64,000 nt of DNA from Catajapyx aquilonaris (taxonomy: Eukaryota): NCBI GenBank assembly GCA_000934665.2, contig JYFJ02001733.1:1-64000 (forward strand). Direction: 5' to 3'. The notes beneath the pieces are model-generated. The model made no database searches. It saw nothing but the letters and a program-made list of their open reading frames with translations, and was not told where the DNA came from. Below are positions 51,601 to 64,000 of the stretch, in pieces. Made by a program: the position numbers and the translations under genes. Position 1 is the first letter of the stretch. Every line of letters begins with the position of its first letter.

Positions 51601-54600
51601 TATTCTTTCTATTCAGCGTGCGGCTGAAGAAGAATGACGTGACCTGTGCTAAGTGATCCATTCTGGCCATGCACTGCGTGAATATTGTTGATATGGACAC
51701 GTAATAAGGAAATAACTTCCCCTCAATGAGAATCTGAATGACTTGACTGGAGCTTGCAAGACAAATCATAATTATGTGTTTACGTGGTGGTGTTATGGTG
51801 TGTAAATGGCAACTCTCGATAATAATATAATTATCTTCAATATAATACGTATTACTGTTGCCAGCTCATGCACTCCTCTTCCTGCAACCTAATCTTCAGA
51901 CCTTAGCATACTAAATGCAGACTTACAACCGTGCGACCAGAAGATAATATTATGATGGAGATCATAATCATGAACTCACCGACGACGTGGTTTCAATTAA
52001 ACGTGCCTGAACCAACAGGACTAAACACAAACATCTGGTTGCATTCAGATTCATCTTGGTTAATGTTTATTCCTATAGAAACTTATAAAAATGCATTTAC
52101 TGGTGCCTTACTTGGTGCCTTTACTACAGGATACTTTCATAATATTACACCAAAATAGCGTATTAGTGATAATGCACCAAAATGCTCACATCGTGCGTGG
52201 ATCGCTTGACTACAAAATCATTTTTTGCCTGGTCGAGGGTCCAGGGTCTCAGTTGCTCACTCTCAGTTGTTCTCAGCTTGTTCTCAGTTGCTCACTCGTG
52301 AAATGGACTGTCTTTCCGAGGAGTCCTCGAGTCTGGAGTTGGTTAGGGCGCCACGTGAATCCGTCCAACGTGTCCGGCTGCTGTTTGTGTTGGTTAAGTT
52401 TTTTTTGTTTGGTAATCAACTGCACCTTTCGGCCTGAATATTGTGTGCTGCGAGAGGAAGCTGTTATTTGATTGGAAGGAAAATAATAAAGTTATGTAAC
52501 GGTCTTATCCACCTTCAACGGCGGAGATCGGAGTTGTCGGTACATCTTCCCAACACTATACAGACTGTAGGTCCCATGGTCGGCAGCGCTATGCACTCTT
52601 CAGCGCGGTCCCGCATGTTACAAACAGGACAGGCCGCGGAACAAATTAAAGGTATTCTCCTGCATTATCCTTGGAGAAAGTCAACACAAGAGGAACGTGT
52701 GACTTTTTATTAACCTGAGTATGCTTCCGGAATAATTAACATTTTAGAGACAAAAGTGCTCATTTGTAGGACATATTAACATGAGATGTCAGTCAAATTA
52801 GGCCATTTCGGGCACTCTTCATGAACCCATGAAGGCTGAAATCGTAGTAATTTATAAGACGAAACTTATCCTTCGGTTGATCCGTCGGTTGATGACTTAC
52901 GACTCGTAGCCTACAACTGATCTGGGTGTAGTATATGACGTATGATTCCATTCATCTGTCTCAATGGCTTCAAAATCTCTCGATTGAATAGGATGTTACT
53001 GGGCAAAGTGCGATTCCGAGATGACTCTTGCAAGCAAGTACAGCGACAATTATTCTGACATAATTTACACAACTTGCAAATTAAATGCCTTATTAGGCAG
53101 CATGCCTCAAATGCTATATACGGTATACCAACAAGCACTTTCAGAGGAAGCTATACCACACGAGGGGACAGGATGTTGACCTGTCCACTGGACTACGACA
53201 TGCCCCTGATGATATTACTCATCAGATATGTCGGATCAAACATCACCACCGAATATATATTGCATAGAACGAATCAACCCAACATGATGTTTTAACACGT
53301 TATAACATTTACAGTGGTCGTGCCGGTAATGATGTAAAAATTATGTTGGAAAGTTTCTGGTAAAATGTGATTGCATTACAGACGAGTGTTAATTCTTATA
53401 GCCTGTGAATTCAGGAAATATGACGTTATGGTCGGAAATTTAACAGGTTTTGTTACCATACTGTTTGAACCTCTAGCAGTCACTGACCCAGAAACTCTAT
53501 CTATAAAATAATATACCTTGAGATTTACATTATCGTATGTTCCAAGCCCTCTTCTTATGACATGTGCACAGGTGTATACTGTACCTGAAACCCAACGTAC
53601 AATGTACAGTACATAGATTATTTTGTATTTAACCATTCACTGCACTGGGACGGCATAATATTTTATCATTATGTTAACGTATCCGGAGTCTCCGCAGAAA
53701 AGTTGCCCAGATTATGGGGCTACAAGCACGAGGTATAAAATATAATTATAAAATAATATAACTTACTTGTTGCTATAATACTTCACAGTGTGTTTCTGCA
53801 AACTGCCCTTTTAGCAATATCGGCACGTACACGTCACTCACTGCTCAGTTTATGAATATGCTCTCCTTCCGTCTGGTTCAATATATTATAAGCTCTTTGG
53901 TCTGGTTATTGGTTGATCCTGCGCCGACAATGATTGGAGTCACCACCGTGTAGTGCATAAGTACCACACTTTAGTCGCAGTGTTTGGTCAGTTGCAGGTC
54001 AACACCTATAGGTCACGGGTCACTCTTATGAGAAATCAGTGACAGCATTTTGAACCAAGTGCCTGCAGGTAAGAGTATCACTGACTATATACATAATAAA
54101 TTATAATAATTGTTATTGTCAGTTGCAGGAGCGGCATGACTTCGGGTCCTTTTGGGCAGTAAGATTCCTCCTTCTATCTGCCGTTGAGTCCTTGGAGATC
54201 GTACTATGGCTGTTCCACTCCGTATTATGTATGGGCAATTTTTTTGTGCCTTTCCTATTGGATTTGGGGATGTTTCCTCGAAACTTTGTTTTGAAATAAT
54301 TTCCTATAGTCTCTATAGCCTTTCTTGTATAGTTGGAGAAGAAGTCACTCTCGCTAAATTGGCGGGTGATAAAACGAGTAATCGAGAGTCAGTGCACATA
54401 ATTATAGCTACATCATTTTGACCCCAGCTGATTTTTGACTCTCATTTTTATATAAAATATTAGAGCCTCTAAAGCTCGATTGGGCAATAGAAGTGGCTAG
54501 AATTTACAAGTGCTGTTTTTACAGAATGTCGTAATCAAATGCAGTTATTCGAGGTTCCGGTACTGGTCCTTTACATTGCAAGTGGCCAGGGTTTTCGTGA

Positions 54601-54899
54601 TTGGGATTGACTGTGGACTGATCGTCTGGAGAAGACATGTGTTTTTGTCCTGTCTGATGCTCACCTTCCATCAAAATCGAGGCTGCGTTATACATACTCT
54701 TCATAAGAAGTGGTATAAATAAAATCGAGTGAGGCGGAATCTGTCACCAAATTCTGCGCCCTTACCGTTAGTGACGGGACAATCACCAGCATGCTCTTAC
54801 AAACACTGAATATATTCCGTGGACTGGCGTCATTGTCTCGGCACGGAAGGAATATGCTGTCCCTTGATCGCCCTTTATTTTTTAACGTGATGGGGGAAC

Positions 54900-55680
54900 C
54901 ATTCGAGCCTGAAAGAGGGTATAAGTAGTTCGTCGGGGTGTCGCAAAACCTGCGGAGGTGTGCGTCCCTTTGATGATTCAGTATTGCGAGCAGTATTCTG
55001 GATAATAAAACACATCACAGGCGCAAGTGATGGCCTTCCGTTTGGATTCTTTTGAATGTCTTTGACCAACCACCGAAATGTGCTTCATCACTTTGGCCAC
55101 AGGGTTAGCCTATTCCATCATCAGCAGAACTGTCGAGTGTAATATACAGGGTGTATCTGAACTCAGTGCCCCGACGTATATGACTGCCTTCCTAGCCACC
55201 AGAGGATCGATTTAAGTATAGGAGTCATTATGTTTGGCCGCCGCATTACGGAGATAATTGGCCGCAAACATGTAGTACAAAATATCCTGTCGGTTAGGCC
55301 ACCCATCGAACCCTCCCCCAGTCAGAAGGCTCTGGAAGGTCTGGGGGCCGGACTTCGTTGGTTTGTTGCCCACAGGTGGTAAGGCCTCTTTGGCGAGTTA
55401 CACCAGAAAATTCTATTTAAAAGTCAGAAGGAGCGATTAGGCAAAAATCGCTAAAGAGTGTATCTCCGTAATGCGACGGCCAGACATAATGACTCCTATA
55501 CTTAAATCGATCCTCTGGTGGCTAGGAAGGCAGTCATATACGTCGGGGCACTGAGTTCAGATACACCCTGTATACTATGACGTCGTTCAAATACGTGTGA
55601 TGCAGGATGGAGAGGTTCATTATTCATTGCCTACTTAAATGTGGGATCACAGATGTCTGGGTCAAACGGTGTTAGTCATT
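54900..55680 (-). mobile_element. LTR-retrotransposon integrase relic split by the 55147 MITE
   Basis: MNNEPLHPASHVF (SDNGPxFxSxxF), then the MITE, then RQFC**WNR, QSDEAH..KTFKRI and RNTESSKGRTPPQVL (YRNTP...GxSPAQLL). Confidence 0.45.
55147..55570. mobile_element. Tc1/mariner-type MITE (424 bp) with 110-bp TIRs
   Basis: TIRs 55147-55256 / 55461-55570 begin CAGGGTGTATCTGAACTCAGTGCCCC and have 2 mismatches. TA TSD on both sides. Confidence 0.96.
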
Positions 55681-56689
55681 TTAAAAGTACTCTTGTTCCT
55701 ATAAAATAATGTCACGACACCTTTTTTTTCCCCCTGGACATCCTACATGATTGCACATTCATTGAGCTCTTCTCCTGCAGAGCAGTTTCACAATTGAAAC
55801 GTTCGATGAGAGAGGCTATACAGATGCGACATGTGAACAACTTTTTTGCAATAGGCCTATGGTATTGTCTATGAATGAACTATAAAATACATGCTACACT
55901 TCTCTTGCCGGATGGGTGACAGCAACCGATACGAAGAATAACGGTATATCACGAATGTCCATTTTTTAAATTGGTAACTAACAATAATTTCCTTGTTCGT
56001 CTCAGGGCTTTAATCAATATGACTGAAAACCAACGCTGAAAACAAATAGCACCTTATCGACACTATACACTATAAATGGCCGCCACCAGGGTCGCCGCGG
56101 TTATTGCTTCAGCGCATAGGTCACGTCACCGGCGGATCTGCAAAAACAAGTTGTTTTCTTTAAGGTAACTTATGGTTGCTGGTATGGTATATAGGGTCAC
56201 CTGCATGGAAGGGACTAAAGGTCGCATTAATGCCGGTCACTTGTCTTCTTTCTCGCTTTTATAGGCTGGGTGTGGTACGTATCGTATACGTCTGCTGTGA
56301 TTATTTGTGTACGTCGTTTTCGACAGCTTGGTTACAATGAAAGGTGATCCAGGGATCAATCGAAGGCCTCACTCATCGCTTCCGGGTGTCGGATGAGTAT
56401 ATACGTAGTAGACCTACAGCAATAGGATCTGCCACTTCATATGAAGAGGTAACAATCATCCGGCGCGTCCCCAGTTAGGTATTAGGTCCGAAGTGTCAGC
56501 AGGGTGCCGCCGTCAATAAGAATCTAAAACACATGCCGCGCGTACTAATACTATTGTATTCAGTCCAGATTATCTTGTCAAGAGAAAAACATATTAGGAC
56601 ATTGGCTCTTTTCCCTATATATAGACATGATTGTATTGATATTCCTGCCTTCCAAGGAGCAATTGGTCGACCATGATGGACCTGCAGGA

Positions 56690-57240
56690 CTGGCCATCAG
56701 GTATAATATTTTGCGAGATGTACACAAAGGTTATTTTCTACAAACCACATCAGGTCTGCCTGGTTATACGATGACATCAGTTCATTTTCCGTCGAGGCCG
56801 GTGATAAAACCTATCTGTAGAAGTGGCATGGTGATTGCTGGATTCCTGATGACATGCGCAGTGGGAATGGAGGACTCATTACGATCTATAGGTTGCATTT
56901 GCTGCCAGTCTCTCATGGACACCTCATTACGTGAACCTTGACATGAACGAATTATTGTCTTCTTACGGGGGCCCTGAACGTCCAACATTATTTTCCAATA
57001 TGGCAGGGTGGACAATGCCTATCCTCCTCTCCACCGATGCCAGTGGATTATTCTATCACTTTACGTTTTGTTGGACACAGGATGAGTAGTGGCTCTGGAT
57101 TTCTTCACCTGATGCTCCCTTGCTGTGCGCCGTTTCATAACGGCCTCTCTCATTCCGCAGAATTCATTCTGAAAGTTAAACAATGTTACATATCTGTGTG
57201 CCGTAAGGTTTCGTATACCAGTTGCATTGCTCGCCTTATT
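56690..57240 (+). mobile_element. Ty3/Gypsy integrase relic
   Basis: IRYNILRDVHKGY (RxxILxxxHxGH), PG/LYDDISSF, VQHYFPIW (VDYFSKW) and HNGLSHSAEFILKVKQCYI..VSY (DNGxxFxSxEF..F.K..I...SPY). Confidence 0.55.
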
Positions 57241-57565
57241 CGAGCATATAATATTCCATAAGGAGCACTGATTCGGATAGCAAGCCTAACTTAGTGTTCC
57301 TAAATTTTCTGCCAAATTTGCATCATATTAAACCTCACCACTTTTATGCTCACCGCGATTGGCAATAATTATGTTGTGTTCTGTGATAGAGAGAGAGAGG
57401 GAACAATCTTCGTCACACTTGTTCCTTCCCTTGGCAAAATAATGTATATGATAATTCTTTTCGTTTGATGTTCTACAAGTAAATCGCCCAGCTAACTTGT
57501 AAGTTCGTTGAACCAGTCAGAGAGCAATGTACAGGGAACAATGTGTCAGATGCTCCAGCAATATT

Positions 57566-57596
57566 AATAATAATAATAATAATGATGATGATGATG

Positions 57597-57627
<31 letters not shown>
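57566..57627. repeat. Compound (AAT)n-(GAT)n-(AAT)n microsatellite
   Basis: Direct reading. Confidence 0.95.
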
Positions 57628-57628
<1 letters not shown>

Positions 57629-58931
57629 TTACTGTATGGTGATTATGAGAGTCGACATGAATCCATGTAGAATTTACAATCATACATCAGTGGTGTAAGT
57701 ATGTAAATATATCCATAAAGAATAAGCAACGTAAACGCATGTTGTGGGCATCACGAGCGGGCCATCTTTTCCCTCGCGACGATGCAATCTCACATAGAGT
57801 GAAGTGTGTTACATGTAACAGTGCGATGTGTTGTGACCGAGTTGCAGCAAGATGTTACAGGAACGGAGAGATAATTATCCTTACTCCGTGTTTTTTACAA
57901 AGTAAAATGTTGTATGTCGGTCCAGTCGCCAACACCATTGTCTCCATGAGGACATGACTCGGGGCATCAGGATTCCATTGTTGGAAAGGGTATTATATTG
58001 GTCCTGATCAAGGGAATGTCGAGAAATCGCCTGGACGAGAGGAGATGTTGGATTTCTTGATTATATATGTATATACGTAGTAGGCCTTATCTGCTCTCCA
58101 CCTCTACTGAGCAGGTCAAAGTGAGATTAAATAAGAGAAAACAAGATTAGATCGCACAGTCCTTCAGTGACGCAGTACCGGCAGAATGAACATACACTTG
58201 GTTAAACAACCTAAAAGTTTTCTCTCGCGTATTATTATCATCTGAAATGGAAGTGACAGGCATTCTCTGGTGCATGTGCCGCACTATATACCATAAATTG
58301 CCCCTCATCCGGAAGTTATTAGTGTAGTGTGGTGATGATAAAGTGCCAACTTATTTCGAAGACCTCGCGACGATTGATTTGAAACTGCGACTCCTCTTTG
58401 TCTAAAAACTACATAACAAAAGAATATCAATGAGTAATGATAACCTGAGCTGTCGCAACTAGCTTTTTTTCTCGTACACGGCGTAGCTAGAGGTCTTTTC
58501 CAGGTGGTACACGAGTGAATATGATGGCAAGTAGAGGCTAATAATAATCGTCTTTCTGCAAGCAGTGAAACGTGAGGTAATTGCTTGACTCACTTCAAAA
58601 AGCATTATAATGTCTGTAATTTTATACTTATAATCATAATGCTGGCTTGTTTCATCTGCCAGTATAGTGGCCACCTTATTGACCAGTCTAGGCCAATGAT
58701 AGGGTCAATATGAGCAATAGTATAAGCTTACTTGTATTATACAGAAGTACCCGTCGCTTGATAGGGTCATTTGTATGACGTAAGTATTCTGTGCGACAAT
58801 CCGAAGAAACATGCCCATCGCCATGTCAAGATCACACATACATAGAATAAAAATTAGAAGCAGCAGTACGGCATAGCAATACGGCGTCATAATTATATTG
58901 TCTGCTGCTTTTTGCTATAGCCTATAATGTA

Positions 58932-59559
58932 CAGGGTGGACGGAAAGTATCGGACCCGCCCAGATTTTGGATTGTAATGTGTGTCCTGGAGGGTACTGGA
59001 TGTGCCTGAGGAGATATTCTTAATGTGGAAATGTGTCGCGTTGATTAATTTACCAGGGTAGAACAAAATGATGTCTACTGTTCTTTTGTACCCACGAAAT
59101 AATTGAAAGTAAAAAAAATGAAGGGTACCAAAATGATTGCAAAGTAATGAACCTGGGTCCGCCAGAAGTTGATCAAATATTATTTTTCATATTTTTATTC
59201 GACCATGTGAGAGACCAATGCGAAAAATAAGATCAGGAATGAATTCGCCACATTTTCATGAAGGGGAACTAGGGGAAAAATGGGTAATGAAAACGTCACC
59301 TGTTGCAGAATACGACCAGATTCCTCCGAGGCAACAAGTAAAATAAACGCAAAACAGATAAGATTTGTGTGGATGAGTCACATATTATAGTCGAAGTTAT
59401 AGTAATGGAATTATTGCGGAAGCGAATGTGCTGGCATGTTGTCAAGATTGTATACTTCAACTGCTTGTGCCATGTGTACATTTCAAAGACGCTGTGAAAT
59501 GTAGAGTTCAAAAACATGGGGAGGGGGGGGGGGCGCTCCGAAACTCTCCGTCCCCCCTG
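58932..59559. mobile_element. Older Tc1/mariner-type non-autonomous element (628 bp)
   Basis: Left end TA-CAGGGTGGACGGAAAGTATCGGA and right end TCCGAAACTCTCCGTCCCCCCTG-TA form an imperfect TIR with TA TSD. Confidence 0.75.
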
Positions 59560-60880
59560 TATATGCAATAATTATAATGATATAAAAGTTGGTGTTCGAC
59601 GTACATTCCGCGTGCCAATTCCTCAGCGCAAGAAAGCCGCATAACTTTGCTGCAAGGACTTTACTCTATCACTACCTCACGTGACAAACTGGTTACGGTA
59701 GTGAGCTCATTTATGAAACACACAAGGTGTCCACTACACAATTTTGGTATTGTCAGTGCTCTTCAAACATTTTCTTACTCGGGCTCGGGTGCATGAAATT
59801 TAGAAACAAGCTTAAATTACTGGGCTGCATAAATATTCCTTAACACTTGTTATAGGGCGTTGTCGGGGGATAGTCGCTCCGGACGACAACTTTATTTCCT
59901 TCCCTGACGTCATTGTCACATGGAAAATACATTCTCCCATTTCATGCCAGTTTCTCTTTTCGACATAATTATTATTATTTCCTCCCGATTTCACCTATAT
60001 ATGGAAGGCAGTAGCAGTGGGAAATCTAGCAGTAAATTCAATCTCCACACGGCATTATACAGTAGGAAATTTACTTGTAGGACTAGTAGGGGATAATATG
60101 AGTGTGGCAGAATGTACGAATTAGTAGCCTTATGCGAGCCTAATTAATAAACAATGCTTTGCGTGTATTCACAAGCAAATAAACCAGACAACTCTTCTCC
60201 GGATGTAACGGGGAATATTATATTGGTACACCTGATGGCCTTGGTATATAGCCTAACTGTGGCAGTCTTTCTTCTCGGAAGGGTGTCTTGGGTACCTATA
60301 ATGTTAACGTGATCGGAGGTTATATGGACAACATACTGCGAATCAGATGGCTCGTCAAGTCACTCTTTTTAATTTCGAATCGATTCTCGTACGATTGAGT
60401 GTTCAATGTGGATATTGGTCGACTCCTGAGATAGAGTATGATGTGTGCGTGGGCTAGCTATGCTGACATTGCGAAGCGGCTCGCAATGAGCATTCATTCC
60501 ATCAACCAATCAATTTATTTAACTTCCCTATTTTAATCTATGGAGGGACCCGACTCTTTTCATGATGCATCTGTCATCACAATGAGCATTGATTCATCAG
60601 GTATAGTTCATCCCAGGGCAGTTCTTAAACAGAATCGTGTTGTTGTCCTCCTCTATCAGAACTCGTCTAAAGATTTTGTTTTTCGATTGACCTCTCCACC
60701 AATCCGGCGATCCTACACTCCACCTCATTCCTACAATATGAGGTAATGGCCTACATAATTATCTCAGCATAATATTCCTCAAATAGGCCTGTGAAGATTA
60801 GTATTAGACGTTCCCTTTTGTGATCGTGATCAATTGTCTCGGCTCTCGTCCGCCTACGTAGTGCATGGGCCAGAAGGTTT

Positions 60881-60881
60881 C

Positions 60882-60970
<89 letters not shown>
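60881..60970. repeat. Compound (CAA)n-(TAA)n microsatellite
   Basis: Direct reading. Confidence 0.97.
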
Positions 60971-60975
<5 letters not shown>

Positions 60976-61483
60976 ATATATAATATCCTTGATGCGATGG
61001 TACATGAAATTGATGAGAAAGTAAATATTCGCTTGACGATGAGTGAAGAGGGGTGGCGATGTGGGCGCACAAGGTGATGAAGGATGATCGTTGATCATCC
61101 TGACTGTTGAGGGCCACCCAAGTGGCTCCTCTGCTCACCACGAAGCCAGACTCTCAGGGGCACAGAGAAGGGGAGTCCTGGTGGTTGCATCAGTCCCAGC
61201 TATAAGATACAGTCTGGCCGGAGACGTATTATTTTTGGACAGATAGCATGTAACAATAACATGGGGTTCGTTTTACAGCGGCCAATTTGGCGATTAGTTT
61301 GTAACCATGTGATATGTCTCACAGATGCTCCAGGCAACCTGTTTTGCCTTTTGCACCAATGTGTTTTTTTTTTTTTTTTTTTGAAGCCCTTCAGCAGCTG
61401 ATATACGAAAAGGTTGTGCAACACCGTACGCTGGATCCGTCGTTGCAACCTTGTATTAGATATGCATTTGGCTGGAGTTTGAC

Positions 61484-61485
<2 letters not shown>

Positions 61486-61520
<35 letters not shown>
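61486..61520. repeat. (GA)n microsatellite
   Basis: Direct reading. Confidence 0.97.
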
Positions 61521-61522
<2 letters not shown>

Positions 61523-61993
61523 GTGATGGTGGTGACTCCTCCTCTCCTTCTGCCTCAACACAGCATCATTCTCATTGTCTGCTCCAAATGTCTTCAGCAT
61601 GATGCACCGTGAGCGGTCCTACGGGGTTCCAGGAGTACATCAAAGTTGGAACTCGCTCTTCCAAGATGACTGTTGATTAGCACGCTCGTTTGTTACACCG
61701 GCACTCCGTCGACATGTAGATTTTACAGAGAAGCCCTGAATCAGGTGGTGCTTGCTGGGAGAGCTGGACCTTGAAGCAGCCAACCTACCAACCATTCACA
61801 ATATCATGGATGTCTTCTCTCTGGATCTACAGAAGATGCTAGATGAACGTGGTTGTCGAGTAGTCGACATGATGATTACGTCACGGTCGTCACCGTGCAA
61901 CAGTCACGAAGGTGGTTCTCATTGACACTGCGTCAGTCATTTCAAATAGGATTACACATGGAGCAACAGTCAACAGGCACAATTTTGGCGACC

Positions 61994-61997
<4 letters not shown>

Positions 61998-62056
<59 letters not shown>

Positions 62057-62089
62057 GACGACGACGACGACGATGTTGTTGTTGTTGTT
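61998..62089. repeat. Compound (AAT)n-(GAC)n-(GTT)n microsatellite
   Basis: Direct reading. Confidence 0.97.
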
Positions 62090-62205
62090 ATTTAGAGGTG
62101 TTGGCTCTACCACACCAACAAGGTGTAAATCCAGAATGGGTAACAATTTTGTTTGAAATTAAAACATTTTCCTATAGCCTTACTCGACCTCATTAGGTGC
62201 AAAAC

Positions 62206-62282
62206 TCGACGCCTAAGGATTATATTGTCGTATGTCCACGTTTTAACAATGGACATACGACAATATAATCCTTAGGCGTCGA
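62206..62282. repeat. Perfect hairpin: 33-bp stem, 11-nt loop
   Basis: TCGACGCCTAAGGATTATATTGTCGTATGTCCA, then CGTTTTAACAA, then the exact reverse complement. Confidence 0.95.
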
Positions 62283-64000
62283 ACTGTTAAGTGAACCAAA
62301 ATGGCACTTTGAGCAGCATAAAAGATGTTAGTATAGTCCTGGGGTGCAGGTGAGGTTAAATATTTGTGATACTGATGCTGTCTTTATTATTAGGGTGATG
62401 ATTACTGGCCCAGCATACACTTCGAGCTTTCGCATAAGCTTTCATCGCAGTTAATTTTGATGACGAAGAACAACCAGATTTTTAAATAGGAGTGAGGTCA
62501 TTTGAGTAACTCTTATAAAAGCTAAAGTAGCAGGGTGAATAATCATGTGTGGGTTTTCAGTTGTTGGACTAGTTGGAGACGTCACTGCGGTGATGTTACT
62601 AGACAACGAAGGTGTCACTGATTAGCCTTTTGGACTGTTCCTTTGGGCAAAACCAAAATTATAATTATCAGCAGAGATAATAATAATTATAAGGAAATAT
62701 ATGTCACTGGTTGCCAGCTGTACGATAGATACTAAAGATCGCCCTGGTTAGGGAAACTGATGATTGAATGCATGTCTTGCTCCAGCTCAGTAACAATAGG
62801 GAAAATATGGGTATTATAGACTGCATTAGTAGTGAAAAAATCAAGTTGCATTTGGTAGGCTACTGCATTATTATAATGAGGTGGTTGCTGAGGGTTTCGA
62901 GCATTATTTTAAATATCGTTCCTTCGTCAATGCTGAGTCAGCGGCGTTGGTTGAATGCTGTACTAATAATGCCTTTTGATCGATGGAGACAATAGCCTTA
63001 AGTGATAAACTGTTACGCTGCTCCAAACCTTTGGCGGAGGATGCTGCGACGTATAGGTTATTTTATTGGGAAGATCAACAATCCATGTACTATACACTCT
63101 CTGTGAGAGGCGCAGGAAGTCTTAACTTTTTCAATGGGTCGCCATAGCCATCCTCTAAAAGTAATAGCAATCATCAATTAATATAAAATTAATAGCAAGC
63201 GGCATCAGTCTCAAGGGGTCCTTACCAACTTGGCGTCGTCACGAAGAATGATGTGACAACAGTCGCTCTCCTCACGCTGTAATTATTATTGTAGGTCTCC
63301 TTGGTTAGTGACTGTAACAATCAGGTCGGCTGCACTGTACTGGCAGCTGCATAAATCAGCATAAATCACTATCGCGTTGCACGTATTCCGATAGCGGGCA
63401 TAAAGATCATGTAAGTATAATGACGTGGCAGAGTCACTATCTTTATGTAAACAGGTTGTGGAATCCGTCGTTTAAGAGCGACGAGGCATCATGGTTTTGT
63501 ATCGGGAATATAATTATGCGGTTTAAACCATGAACTTCCGCAGCCAGTCGTGCGTATCATGTTGCAACCATTTTGTGTTTCCTAGCTGCTGGTTTCGCGT
63601 AAGTGAGCAATATGTTTTGATGTGCTGTGCGTACATGTTGCAGTATCTTGTTAGCAGCAAATTAAGATACTTTTTATGTCAGTGCCGGGTGAGGGATGAT
63701 CAGTATAGGTGACCGGCAAGCATAAATAGTTATGTATTACGGTGAAGTGAAAATGTGACTCACTTTATACACCTTGCAAACGTCCCTTAATTGAAGTAAT
63801 GGAAACATGAAGGGGTCAATAACTGCCGGAATAAGTTGTTGCAACTGTGGTTGCAATAGGTTATTAGAAATTGGTTTTCATGTTGGACGTGTAAACTAGG
63901 TAAGCTTTTGACTCGTATAAGACTAATATTGCTTGTTCAGGGTTTACCATAGTCTGAGCAACTACTGTATCGACCTTACCGAATACAATGCAAAAGTCAT

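Noticed and set aside
52338..52353. TGGCGCCC primer-binding-site-like motif on the minus strand
   Set aside because: Complementarity to a tRNA 3' end stops after 8 nt and no paired LTR was found.

Overview
Eukaryotic, probably animal, genomic DNA. I find no intact protein-coding gene, rRNA or complete tRNA; the long ORFs in the track are mostly triplet-microsatellite artefacts. The window reads as a transposon and pseudogene graveyard. It holds about ten non-autonomous TIR elements (PIF/Harbinger-, Tc1/mariner-, pogo- and hAT-type, several with intact TSDs), a tRNA-derived SINE and about 17 long (AAT)n-based compound microsatellites. It also holds heavily frameshifted relics of a Tc1 transposase, a multi-copy hAT-like transposase, several Ty3/Gypsy pol fragments and several LINE fragments. 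Decayed host-type genes include an apparently intronless tyrosine-kinase domain, an H1/H15-like domain and TPR repeats, with weaker DEAD-box, TNFR and ankyrin-like traces. The most unusual signal is a pervasive micro-insertion signature (ATAATTAT and TAC[A/T]GTA). It differs between paralogous copies inside the window and may represent transposon excision footprints that destroy ORFs and seed the microsatellites. All protein-relic calls come from by-eye motif matching across frameshifts and need HMM or tBLASTn confirmation.
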